From Candidatus Latescibacterota bacterium (GTDB taxonomy: Bacteria > Latescibacterota > UBA2968 > GCA-2709665), in contig CAXXJS010000040.1 of NCBI GenBank assembly GCA_963662665.2, positions 96,001 through 160,000 on the forward strand: a stretch of 64,000 nt of DNA, given 5' to 3'. Of this stretch, positions 9,875-19,992 are shown in pieces. Made by a program: the position numbers and the translations under genes. The notes beneath the pieces were generated by a model. That model saw only the letters and a list, made by a program, of their open reading frames with translations. It was not told the DNA's origin and did no database searches. Position 1 is the stretch's first letter. Every line of letters begins with the position of its first letter.

Positions 9875-12800
9875 ATGAGGATTATATCCAACATAGGTAC
9901 GGACCGAGTCGTTGATCTCATTCAACCACTCCTGCGGCCCGGAAATCACATTGACGTCGCTTCCGAAGCGTTGTCCCTCCACGCGTTCGGCGAACTCGCG
10001 AAAAACCTTTCACGACTGGCGAAGACGCGCCTTGTCCTCCCGCCTGCCGACGCGGATCTTTCCCTCTTTGGCGCAGAAGCGGACAGAGCCGCCCGCAACA
10101 GGTTACAGGGCCGCTGGCTGGCAGAAGGTTGCGCGGAGTGGATCAAAAACGCCGTCGAAGTACGACGCGCCAACCGCGCCGTCCCGCAGGGCGCGATCGT
10201 TCTGCGCAACGGCGACGGGATTCCACAACAGGCCCTGATCGGCTCGTTTTCGTTTTCCACGGACGGACTTGGCCTGGCTCCCGGGAATCCCCTCAACCTG
10301 ATTCAGGCATCCGAGACACCCGAAGAAAGCGAGCTTCTTTGCGAATGGTTCGATAGACAATGGTCTTCGATGGACGCGGACGAAGTCGCTAAGACCGGTG
10401 TGGTGGACCTGCTGCGTACTCTTTCGTCAGAACGCGACCCACACAGCATCTACGCGCTAATGCTGTATCACCTCTTCCGGAATAAGGGTGAGGAACTGGA
10501 CGAAGAGCAGGTTGTCAATGCGGCCACGGGTATCCGTAATACCGCAGTGTGGAAGAAGCTCTTCAAATTCCAACGCGACGGCGTTGTCGGCGCCATCGAA
10601 AAACTCGATCGCTTTGGCGGTTGTATCATTGCTGACAGTGTCGGACTTGGAAAAACGTTCGAGGCGCTGGCAATCATCAAGTATCATGAGTTGCGCAATG
10701 ACAGAGCTCTGGTTCTCTGCCCCAAACGACTTCGCGATAACTGGAGCCTTTATCGGGCGAATGACCGCCGCAACTTCCTGGCCGACGACCGTTTCAACTA
10801 CGATATCCTCAACCATACGGACCTGTCGCGCGAAGTCGGCTTATCGGGCGATATCGACCTCGCGCACGTGAACTGGGGCAATTACGACCTCGTCGTCATT
10901 GACGAGTCCCACAATTTCAGGAACAAGCGCACGCCGCGGCAGGGTGGTGAGACGCGTTATGATCGTCTGATGCGGCGAGTCATTCGCGAAGGTGTGAAAA
11001 CACGTGTGCTCATGCTTACCGCAACGCCGGTCAACAACCGAATGGCGGATTTGCGCAATCAGATCGCCTTTGCAACCGAGGGCAACGACACCGCCCTGGC
11101 CGATGAGGGCATCGAGAGCATCGACGCAACCACCCGACTGGCGCAGAGGCAGTTTAATCGTTGGCTTGACCTCGACGAATGTGAGCGCACGCCGATGCAG
11201 CTCGTGGAGATGCTGGGGTTCGACTATTTCACGTTGCTGGACCGGCTCACCATCGCCCGATCCCGCCGCCACATCGAAAAGTACTACGGAACACTGGAGA
11301 CAGGGCGTTTTCCGGAGCGTCTGAAGCCGATAAACGTCAAGCCGGACGTGGACCTGGCCGGCGTATTCCCCTCCATCCGGGAAATCAACCTTGAAATCCG
11401 CCGGCTGAACCTTGCGGCCTATGCACCCCTACGCTACGTATTACCTCACAAACGGCCGGCGTACGACGAAAAGTACAGCACTAGACTCCAAAGCGGCGAC
11501 GGCTTTTTCCATCAGGTGGACCGCGAAGAAAGCCTGGTCCAACTCTTGCGGGTCAACGCATTGAAACGCATGGAGAGTTCCGTAGCCTCCTTTACACTTA
11601 CCGTCCAACGCCAACTGGCAGACGTGGAAGCGATTCTTGAGCGGATTGAGAAGAAGGATGACGAACTGGAAGAACGCGAAATTGCCGATATCGACATCGA
11701 AGATCCTGCATTCGAGAGTCTGCTGGTGGGGCGTAAGGTCAAGGTGCTGCTCAACGACGTTGACCGAATTCGCTGGCGGCAGGACCTCATCGAAGATCGG
11801 AATCGGCTCGCTACGCTCCACGCAGCGGCACGACAGGTTACGGCGTCACGCGACGCCAAACTCGCCGAACTGAGGGCGATAATCGAATCCAAGTGCCGCG
11901 ATCCCATCAACCCAGACAACAGGAAAACAATCGTCTTCACAGCCTTCGCAGATACGGCAAGATACCTTTACAGGGAACTCGCGACCTGGGCTCGGGATAC
12001 GCTTGGCGTGGACTCCGCACTCGTTACCGGAACGGGAGGAAACCAGACGACGCTGCCACTTCGAAAGGACTTGGCCACTATCCTGACCGCTTTTGCACCT
12101 CGGACCAAGGAGCGTCCCGACGATCTCGCGGACGAAGGCGATCTCGATTTGCTAATCGCGACGGATTGCATTTCCGAAGGCCAGAACCTCCAGGATTGCG
12201 ACTGGCTCATCAACTATGACATCCACTGGAATCCGGTACGCATTATCCAGCGCTTCGGGCGAATCGACCGGATCGGATCGCCAAACGATCGCATTCAACT
12301 GGTTAATTTCTGGCCGAACATGGAGCTCGAGGAGTACCTCCGACTCGAGCAGCGGGTAAGCGGGCGTATGGTTTTGCTCGACATTTCCGCAACAGGCGAA
12401 GAGAATCTAATAGAGCAACAGTCCGGTGATCAGATGAACGACCTGGAATACCGGCGCAGGCAACTCCTCAAACTGCAGGACGCCGTCATCGACCTGGAAG
12501 ACTTGTCATCCGGCGTTTCTATTGCCGACCTTACCCTGACAGACTTCAGAATCGACCTGGCCGACTACCTTCGGGACGCTAAGGAAGACCTTGAGATGAT
12601 GCCACCTGGCGTTCATGCAGTTACAACCACCACCGACACTGACATACCTCCAGGCATCATCTTTTGCCTGCGAGCTGAGGACGCCGCCGCAACACGACCG
12701 CTCGAATCGGGCTATCCGCTTGCGCCCCATTATTTGGTCCACGTCAGTGATGACGGCACTGAACTCATGCCCTTCACGCAGGCGAAACAGATCCTCGACC

Positions 12801-13066
12801 GGCTGAAGCGAGTTTGTATGGGTCGCGACCTGCCGGATCTGGACGCGTGTGCACGTTTTCGCACGGCAACGCGAGCCAACGAAGACATGCGCGAGCCGCA
12901 ACGGCTTCTGGCTGCAGCTATTGGTTCGATCGTTGGGAAGAGCGAAGAACGCGCGGTCGCCAGCTTGTTCTCCCCCGGCGGAACCCAGGGTACGGTTAGT
13001 GAATTCGCGGGGATCAACGACTTCGAGGTCGTCGCCTTTCTCGTGATTCTGGATGGAGAGGATTGA
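9875..13066 (+). CDS. SNF2-like SF2 helicase with degenerate PLD-like N-terminus, associated with type III R-M
   Basis: IADSVGLGKT, DESH, ATDCISEGQNLQ, WNPVRIIQRFGRIDRIG; followed by DUF4391 and mod. Confidence 0.9.
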   Translation: MRIISNIGTDRVVDLIQPLLRPGNHIDVASEALSLHAFGELAKNLSRLAKTRLVLPPADADLSLFGAEADRAARNRLQGRWLAEGCAEWIKNAVEVRRANRAVPQGAIVLRNGDGIPQQALIGSFSFSTDGLGLAPGNPLNLIQASETPEESELLCEWFDRQWSSMDADEVAKTGVVDLLRTLSSERDPHSIYALMLYHLFRNKGEELDEEQVVNAATGIRNTAVWKKLFKFQRDGVVGAIEKLDRFGGCIIADSVGLGKTFEALAIIKYHELRNDRALVLCPKRLRDNWSLYRANDRRNFLADDRFNYDILNHTDLSREVGLSGDIDLAHVNWGNYDLVVIDESHNFRNKRTPRQGGETRYDRLMRRVIREGVKTRVLMLTATPVNNRMADLRNQIAFATEGNDTALADEGIESIDATTRLAQRQFNRWLDLDECERTPMQLVEMLGFDYFTLLDRLTIARSRRHIEKYYGTLETGRFPERLKPINVKPDVDLAGVFPSIREINLEIRRLNLAAYAPLRYVLPHKRPAYDEKYSTRLQSGDGFFHQVDREESLVQLLRVNALKRMESSVASFTLTVQRQLADVEAILERIEKKDDELEEREIADIDIEDPAFESLLVGRKVKVLLNDVDRIRWRQDLIEDRNRLATLHAAARQVTASRDAKLAELRAIIESKCRDPINPDNRKTIVFTAFADTARYLYRELATWARDTLGVDSALVTGTGGNQTTLPLRKDLATILTAFAPRTKERPDDLADEGDLDLLIATDCISEGQNLQDCDWLINYDIHWNPVRIIQRFGRIDRIGSPNDRIQLVNFWPNMELEEYLRLEQRVSGRMVLLDISATGEENLIEQQSGDQMNDLEYRRRQLLKLQDAVIDLEDLSSGVSIADLTLTDFRIDLADYLRDAKEDLEMMPPGVHAVTTTTDTDIPPGIIFCLRAEDAAATRPLESGYPLAPHYLVHVSDDGTELMPFTQAKQILDRLKRVCMGRDLPDLDACARFRTATRANEDMREPQRLLAAAIGSIVGKSEERAVASLFSPGGTQGTVSEFAGINDFEVVAFLVILDGED

Positions 13067-13824
13067 TGGCGACCTTCGATACCCTGGCGGCGCTGGCTCT
13101 GCCGGAAGGGGCGCTTGTAAATAAGCGAGTACCAAAGTCGCTTTTGATCGACAACGGCGCGCCCACCGCCGCCGACCGGCGACGCATCCGTGAAGGAATC
13201 GAGGAACTCCGATGGGTAGCGGCACTAAAACCAACGACCATCGGCGTGGCCGAATTCCGCGACGGCACCCGCGAATATCTCGAGATCGCCGTTCTGAATC
13301 TTATCCTTCGGCCCGGGGCGGATGCCGCCAGACTTGCCGAACTGGTCCATCGGGCCGTACCTTATCCGATACTTCTGGTTGTTACAAATGGCGACACTCC
13401 TGATATCTCACTGGTACACAAGCGATGGTCACAAGCCGAAGCCGGCAAAACGGTGATCGACGGAGACATAATAACCTCAGGCGATCTGGATGGCGGCTCG
13501 GATGAATCGACGACCGCGTTTCGCGGTTCGCTCGCGCTCGACCGCCAACGCCGCACCACACTCCACGACCTTTATCAGGGTTGGATCGATACAGTGGAGG
13601 CCCTGAACGCTGCGCGGGTCACCGGCGAATTTACGATGCCCACCTCCTCTACCGCCGCCGCGGAGCGCTCAGCGGCGGTGCGAGACTATTGGCAACTCGA
13701 AACCAGAATCGCCGAACTGCACGGTGAGGCCAAAAAGGAAAGGCAAATCGCCAAGAAAGTCGAGATTAACCTGGAACTGGCACGTCTACGGGAAAAACGC
13801 AGCGCCGTACGTGCAAGGTTGTAG
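13063..13824 (+). CDS. DUF4391 domain protein
   Basis: KRVPK, YLEIAVL, LVHRAVPYP, KKERQIAKKVEINLEL; overlaps the helicase stop codon. Confidence 0.85.
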   Translation: MMATFDTLAALALPEGALVNKRVPKSLLIDNGAPTAADRRRIREGIEELRWVAALKPTTIGVAEFRDGTREYLEIAVLNLILRPGADAARLAELVHRAVPYPILLVVTNGDTPDISLVHKRWSQAEAGKTVIDGDIITSGDLDGGSDESTTAFRGSLALDRQRRTTLHDLYQGWIDTVEALNAARVTGEFTMPTSSTAAAERSAAVRDYWQLETRIAELHGEAKKERQIAKKVEINLELARLREKRSAVRARL

Positions 13825-13960
13825 AACGGCCCCACCTGACCTGCCAAGAGAAGCGGCGAATTCAGGATCTCGGGTGACGTGCGTCATTGAGAACTCAAAT
13901 TGCTTCTTTCGCTTTATGTACCACATTCGCAATTGGACCAGACGCAGTACAGGACACTTC

Positions 13961-15475
13961 ATGGCTAATCCCAAACACGTCGAATGGCTGCGCGAAGATG
14001 TTGAGGAATGGAATGAACGACGTAAACAAAGTGACTTTGACCCGGATTTGGAAGGCGCCAATATTCCCGAAGAGTTTGGAAAAGGCGGCAGGGTCGAAAA
14101 TCCAGGGGCTGTAATCCGGCAGAAGCTTTTGGGAAAAAGCGACGATCGTGTCAATCTCTCCAGTATTGATCTAAGCGGCGCCAATCTTCGTAATGCCATT
14201 CTTACGGACGTCAACCTTTCAGGCGCGAATCTTCGATGCTCAGATCTTAAGGGATGCGAGCTTAACGGTGCCATCCTCAATAACGCGGACCTTGATTTCG
14301 CAGACGTCCGCGGCACGGAATTCGGGTTTTGTGCGCAGCTACGAGGAGCCAAAATTTCCGGTGGACAACTGCATTCCGTGGAATTCGAAGACACGTCAAT
14401 GTGTGGGACCGACTTTAGTCAAGCTGACCTAACTGATGCGATACTCGCCAACCGCAATTTCGCCGGCGCGGAGTTCAGGTACGCAAAACTCGAGGGAGCG
14501 AATCTATTCTGTACACAACCGTGGAAGGCTGCCATCTTTTCTGCAGGAAGCAATTACGCAGAACCACGCCTCGTCAATGAGACCGGTAAGATTGTGGACA
14601 GCGTCCAGAGCTTTATTGAAGAATGCGCGGCAATAAGGAGCGAATTCTCGGATCGAGTCTTGTACTTTCGTGGCGAACCTGAAGTATTCCCGGATCTACG
14701 CCCCTCCATTGTGCGAATGGAAAAAGGGAAGTATTCACATCTACAATCTGAAGCCAAGATGATAGTCGACCTAATGACGCGACGGCCTGACGAATTCGAC
14801 CAATTCAATTCGGCACTCTCGCACTGGGTTCTCGCTAGACATCATGGACTTCCCACACGCCTGCTCGACGTAACTCGGAATCCACTAGTCGCATTGTTTC
14901 ACGCGTGTAGCCGAAAATCTGAAGAATCTGCCGAGAAATCAGGACGGATGCATGTCTTCGGGGTGCCCGAAGACCTGATAAAACCGTTCAATAGCGACAC
15001 GATAAGTGTAATTGCGAATTTTGCTAAACTCGCGTGCATCGAACAAAAGCAACTGCTTGGCAAGAAAAAGGAAGATTCGCCGGATGATGTCGATCCTGGT
15101 GGTCCGGAGTGGGCGGGGTCTTATTCTAACGCGCTAATGCGCCTTTATCATTTAATTCGTCAAGAGAAACCTCACTTTCAGGAAAGAATCGACCCACGAG
15201 ATTTCTTTCGGGTATTCGTGGTTGAACCCCAGCAATCATTTGAGAGAATCCGGGCCCAATCCGGTGCGTTTCTTATTTCCGCGTTTCATGAGTCGTTCGA
15301 GCCGAAGAAGATTATAGAATGCAACGACGGAACTCCAATTTACGATTACTGTGTACTCGAGGTGCCTCAGGATTGCAAACGACGAATAATAGAGGATCTT
15401 AGCCTTTTGAACATTACACCCGAGGCATTGTATCCTGGCCTGGACGAAACAGCACGTGCAGTCGCACAGCGATAA
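13961..15475 (+). CDS. Pentapeptide-repeat plus FRG domain fusion protein
   Basis: A(N/D)Lxx repeats in the N-terminal half; LYFRGE, ARHHGLPTRLLDVTRNPLVALFHA, RIRAQSGAF, LYPGLD. Confidence 0.9.
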   Translation: MANPKHVEWLREDVEEWNERRKQSDFDPDLEGANIPEEFGKGGRVENPGAVIRQKLLGKSDDRVNLSSIDLSGANLRNAILTDVNLSGANLRCSDLKGCELNGAILNNADLDFADVRGTEFGFCAQLRGAKISGGQLHSVEFEDTSMCGTDFSQADLTDAILANRNFAGAEFRYAKLEGANLFCTQPWKAAIFSAGSNYAEPRLVNETGKIVDSVQSFIEECAAIRSEFSDRVLYFRGEPEVFPDLRPSIVRMEKGKYSHLQSEAKMIVDLMTRRPDEFDQFNSALSHWVLARHHGLPTRLLDVTRNPLVALFHACSRKSEESAEKSGRMHVFGVPEDLIKPFNSDTISVIANFAKLACIEQKQLLGKKKEDSPDDVDPGGPEWAGSYSNALMRLYHLIRQEKPHFQERIDPRDFFRVFVVEPQQSFERIRAQSGAFLISAFHESFEPKKIIECNDGTPIYDYCVLEVPQDCKRRIIEDLSLLNITPEALYPGLDETARAVAQR

Positions 15476-16851
15476 GCTCAGGAATAACCCGCGGCAGGGA
15501 AGGAACGATTGTTTTCCAAAAGCGCATTGCTGAAGCGCGCTACCTTAGAAATCGTCTATTGAAGAGGAAAAATGCATGAGACAGATCGCCAATGGAGACC
15601 CAGAATCTCGCTCGGCTGACGTAATTGCCGAGAATGTCGACCAGATAAAGGCGCTGTTTCCCGAGGCAGTAACCGAAGGCAAGATCGACTTCGATATACT
15701 CAGGCAGCTTCTTGGTTCAGAGGTCGATGAACGCGAGGAGAAATATGGCCTTAACTGGTATGGCAAACGTCAGGCACGGCAACTCGCTCTGACGCCATCG
15801 ACTGGAACCCTACGCCCATGCCCGAAAGAGAGCGTCGATTGGGATACAACACAGAACCTGATGATCGAGGGCGACAACCTCGAGGTGCTTAAGATCCTGC
15901 AGAAGAGCTTCGCCGGAAAGGTAAAGCTGATTTATATCGATCCGCCGTACAATACTGGAAAGGAATTCGTATACCCTGACGATTACCGTGACAACATGCA
16001 GAACTACCTCGAAATGACGGGCCAATTGGACAGCGAACGACGAATTCTATCTTCGAATACCGAGGCGACCGGGCGTTTTCATACTGCATGGTTAAACATG
16101 ATGTACCCGCGTTTAAAGATCGCGAGAAACCTACTCTGCGCTAGTGGTGCGATCTTTGTAAGTATTGACGAGAATGAGATTCCAAACCTCCGACTAATAT
16201 GCGATGAGATTTTTGGAGAGGAATGTTTCGTTGCCGTGCTGACCATACTCTGCAATCCGAAGGGGCGTTCTCAGGACAAATATTTCGCGACAAACCACGA
16301 ATATGCATTGGTCTACAGCAAGAGTCAGCTACCGAAGGGATCTTTCTCCGTCGCGAAGAGTGTCAAACAGATAGATAGTGAGTACCGTGAAGAAGATAAC
16401 TTAGGTAAGTACCGCCTGCTCGAACTTAGAAATACTCACCGTGAATTCGGGAAACACAACCGTCCCAATCTCCACTACCCGCTATACTTGGACGACGTCG
16501 GGCGGGTGTTTCTTGAAAGAGGCAGCGGCCGAGTAATGGTTCTGCCCTTGTGGAATGATGGTTTTGAGGGTTGCTGGACCTGGGGTCGATCGAAAGCAAA
16601 GGAACAGAGATCGTTGTTAATTGGACGTAAGGTCGGAGGACAGTGGAAGGTCTATCGCAAGAGTTACGCTAGCGGTGTCAATCAAATGCTAAAAACCATC
16701 CTAACGGACAACTCCTACTTTACGGAACGCGGCCAACGGGAGTTTAACGAGCTTTTCGATACGAAAGGGAAGCTATTCCAATCACCGAAATCCCCGTACC
16801 TAATTGCGCAGTTTTTGCAAACCGCGACGATGGACCGCGATTTAATCCTAG

Positions 16852-18483
16852 GAGTCTGCGCCGCAGGAAAATTCATTTCAATGGACATGTAGTTGTAGGT
16901 ATAATGGGTCGTGTAGTTGGTATATGTCAAGGGTATCGTTGTGTGTTATGTCAGGGGAGGGAGCGATCCATGCCGACAACGTTTCGACCGTATCACCCGG
17001 ACCAGATATTGCTGTTGGCGCCGGATCTTCGGGAGTGGGTGCCTGAAGGTCATCTGTCGCACCAGGTGAGCGATCTGGTGGATTCCCTGGATCTGGGGTC
17101 GTTCTACGCGCCCTATGAAGGCGATGGTCGTCGCAACGCGCCATATGATCCATCGATGATGTTGAAGGTATTGATCTATGGGTACGCGACGGGAGTGTAT
17201 TCGTCTCGAGCGATCGCTGGGAAGCTGGAGGAGGACGTGGCGTTTCGTATGTTGGCGGCGGGCAATTTCCCACAACACCGGACGATCTGCGAGTTTCGGC
17301 GTCGTCACCTGGAAGATTTCGGGCGTTTGTTCGTGGAGGTGGTTGGTGTGGCACGGGAGATGGGCCTGGTACGTTTCGGGACGTTATCTTTAGACGGCAC
17401 GAAGGTACGAGCGAAGGCCAGCAAGCGCAAGGCCATGAGTTACGAGCGGATGTTGAAGGAACAGGCTCGTCTGGAGAAAGAGATCGGGGCGTTGCTTTCG
17501 GGTGCTGTGTCGATTGATGCCGAGGAGGATGCACGTTACGGCGTGGATGTTCGTGGCGACGAGTTGCCGGTCGAGTTGCAGCGCAGGCAGGCTCGTCTGG
17601 CGGCGATCAGGGCGGCGAGGGAGCGTCTGGAAGCATCGCAACGAGCCGTCGACGATGCGCGCGGGCGCAAACCGGGTCAGAAGCGCAACCCGAAGGGCGG
17701 GCGGCCTTACAAAAGAGCCTATGGCGAGCCCGACCCGAAGGCTCAGAGCAACTTCACGGACCCCGAGTCTCGGATCATGAAGACGAGCGCGGAGGGGTTC
17801 CAGCAGTGCTACAACGCGCAGACGGTGGTGGACGCCGAGCGTCAGATCATCGTGGCTGTGCATCTGGGGTCACAGGCCACCGATCAGGGCTTTATGCTCC
17901 CCTTGCTGGATGGTGTGCAAGAGACATTCGGGGTCAAGCCGGACGCGGTTCTGGCGGATGCGGGCTACTGCAACGAGGAGGACCTGGCCACGCTTGAGGA
18001 GCGTGGCATTGATGGTTACGTGGCGCTGGGGCGGGAGGGCAAGGAAAAGGTGGACGTCGATTCGGAGACGCTTCCGGCGACCCATCGCATGGGCGAGAAG
18101 CTCACCAGCCCGGAAGGTCGGGGCCTGTATGCGAAGCGCAAGTGGCTCTCGGAGGCGCCCAACGGATGGATCAAGGAGGTATTGGGCTTCCGGCGCTTCA
18201 GCTTCCGGGGGCTGGAAAAGGTGCGTGCCGAGTGGGATCTGGTCTGCCTCGCGTTGAACGTCAAGCGGATGGCAGCGTTGTCGATGTGTTGAAGCATGGG
18301 TTCGGGTGTCCTGTCCTTATGGACTCGACATACGGGAAACCACGATCCCTGGAATCTCGCCCTCAACACGCCTGCCTGCAACGATCACCGTACCCAAAAC
18401 TCATCATACCACTCCCAACATAACGACCAACCCGACTCACGGACACACCTCGCCCTTTGTAAAAACTCCTGCGGCGCAGACTC
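16852..18483 (+). mobile_element. IS1182 family insertion sequence
   Basis: 17-bp perfect terminal inverted repeat GAGTCTGCGCCGCAGGA; CTAG duplicated at 16848-16851 and 18484-18487. Confidence 0.93.
16970..18292 (+). CDS. IS1182 family DDE transposase
   Basis: PYDPSMMLKVLIYGY, LDGTK, NFTDPESRIM, YNAQ, LADAGY. Confidence 0.92.
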   Translation: MPTTFRPYHPDQILLLAPDLREWVPEGHLSHQVSDLVDSLDLGSFYAPYEGDGRRNAPYDPSMMLKVLIYGYATGVYSSRAIAGKLEEDVAFRMLAAGNFPQHRTICEFRRRHLEDFGRLFVEVVGVAREMGLVRFGTLSLDGTKVRAKASKRKAMSYERMLKEQARLEKEIGALLSGAVSIDAEEDARYGVDVRGDELPVELQRRQARLAAIRAARERLEASQRAVDDARGRKPGQKRNPKGGRPYKRAYGEPDPKAQSNFTDPESRIMKTSAEGFQQCYNAQTVVDAERQIIVAVHLGSQATDQGFMLPLLDGVQETFGVKPDAVLADAGYCNEEDLATLEERGIDGYVALGREGKEKVDVDSETLPATHRMGEKLTSPEGRGLYAKRKWLSEAPNGWIKEVLGFRRFSFRGLEKVRAEWDLVCLALNVKRMAALSMC

Positions 18484-19215
18484 CTAGATTTCTTTGCAGG
18501 TTCAGGAACAACGGGACAGTCTGTTATGGCTCAGAATGCAACAGACGGCGGAAATCGTCGGTACATTCTAGTGCAGTTGCCGGAGCCGCTCTACGATTGC
18601 AACGAAAACTTGATGGACGTGTTTGAGCATTACGAACACCACGGAACACCACACACTATTGCAGAACTGACTAAAGAACGCTTGCGTCGGGCCGGTGACA
18701 GAATTAAAGATGATTACGCGAGGTTTTCGGGGGATATTGGGTTCCGCGTCTTCAAATTAGATACCTCAAACTTCCGTGCATGGGAGCCGGAAAGCGACGA
18801 TCTGGAACATACTCTACTCGACAGCATCGACCACATTAAGCCGGATCGAAGTGAAGATGACATTCTCTATGAGCTTCTATTAAAACTTGGACTCGACGTG
18901 TGCGTTCCGATCGAGACTCGTACTATTGTTGGCAAGGCCGTTCGCTCCGTCGGTGCAGGTACGTTAATGGCGTGCCTTGACGAGACGATCGCCCGCGAGG
19001 ACATCGACGCACTAGCCCTCGGTATCGTCGAGTGGTACAAAGAGCTCTCGCCAGCGGGCGGCAGCACTGTTTTCTTCCGCGACAGTGCATTTGCCGACGA
19101 CGTCGCCAAGACGAATCTTACTGCTATCCTTAAGCAGCACGGTCTAGGGAATGTGCGAAGTTTGTAACCAACGTTGAATATTTCGAGGAATTGAATGTCT
19201 CGGGAGTAACGACCA

Positions 19216-19992
19216 ATGGGCCATGAAAGAGTCGATTCCTTGCCGCGGACGGTAAGATGGCGAAATATCGTTGCTGACATCGCGGGGTTGGAAAGTGGCG
19301 GGGACGCGACCATTTCTGACATCGCCGAACGAACTCTAACGAATGTACGGACGAGATATAACGGTATCTACAAGGATTCAGGTGTACACGCCGCGTTCGT
19401 CTACCTCCTGTCGTTAGCCACGTTTCGCCATAATCGACCTGAAGCTCGTCATGCAGTTGGAATCGACCTTGACGAAAATCCATCGTACTTCCGAATTGCC
19501 GCACAGCTCAATACTTGGGTGTCTAGCCATATCGGTTCAAGTGAGTACGGCGAGATAGCAAGGCGCGCCGGTGGCGACGCTATTGTCCGTTGGACTCAGC
19601 GAATGACGAAACAGGACGATCTCTTTGACGATCCTGCCCGTGCCCAAAGGGTATGGGACGCCGCATCTGACGCGGAAGGATTCTGCGAGATTGCGAGAAT
19701 CTTTTTCGCCAAGTTCACTGAACGGTACTTGCTCTATTTCCTCGAACGTGAGGCATCGGCAGAATCCCCTTCTCTTGACGCCCGAGAGCAGTTTTCCGAG
19801 CAACTAAGTATTCACGTTGATAAGATTTCGAGGCACGCGTACGAGACGTCAAAAATTGGCCAATCATTCGCCGCCGGTTGGTTTAACAATCACGCACGAT
19901 ACAATCATCCTTCGGACGAAGAGGTCGAACAGTTTCTATCTCTCTCGTTCGGGAAACTCCAGGAGGAACTGTATCGGGAGGCTTCTCTGTGA
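19216..19992 (+). CDS. Hypothetical helical protein starting MGH, putative QueC partner (functional analogue of QatB)
   Basis: 258-aa ORF; its stop overlaps the GTG start of the QueC-like gene (GTGA at 19989-19992). Confidence 0.7.
   Translation: MGHERVDSLPRTVRWRNIVADIAGLESGGDATISDIAERTLTNVRTRYNGIYKDSGVHAAFVYLLSLATFRHNRPEARHAVGIDLDENPSYFRIAAQLNTWVSSHIGSSEYGEIARRAGGDAIVRWTQRMTKQDDLFDDPARAQRVWDAASDAEGFCEIARIFFAKFTERYLLYFLEREASAESPSLDAREQFSEQLSIHVDKISRHAYETSKIGQSFAAGWFNNHARYNHPSDEEVEQFLSLSFGKLQEELYREASL

Larger units (their letters stand above)
15576..19167 (+). pseudogene. mod: Type III R-M DNA methyltransferase Mod, interrupted by IS1182
   Basis: EGDNLEVLK and IYIDPPYNTG; removing the IS and one CTAG copy restores DLILDFFAGSGTTG in frame with 18526-19167 (about 651 aa). 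Confidence 0.93.

Noticed and set aside
18526-19167. Standalone methyltransferase gene
   Set aside because: It is the 3' part of the IS-split mod
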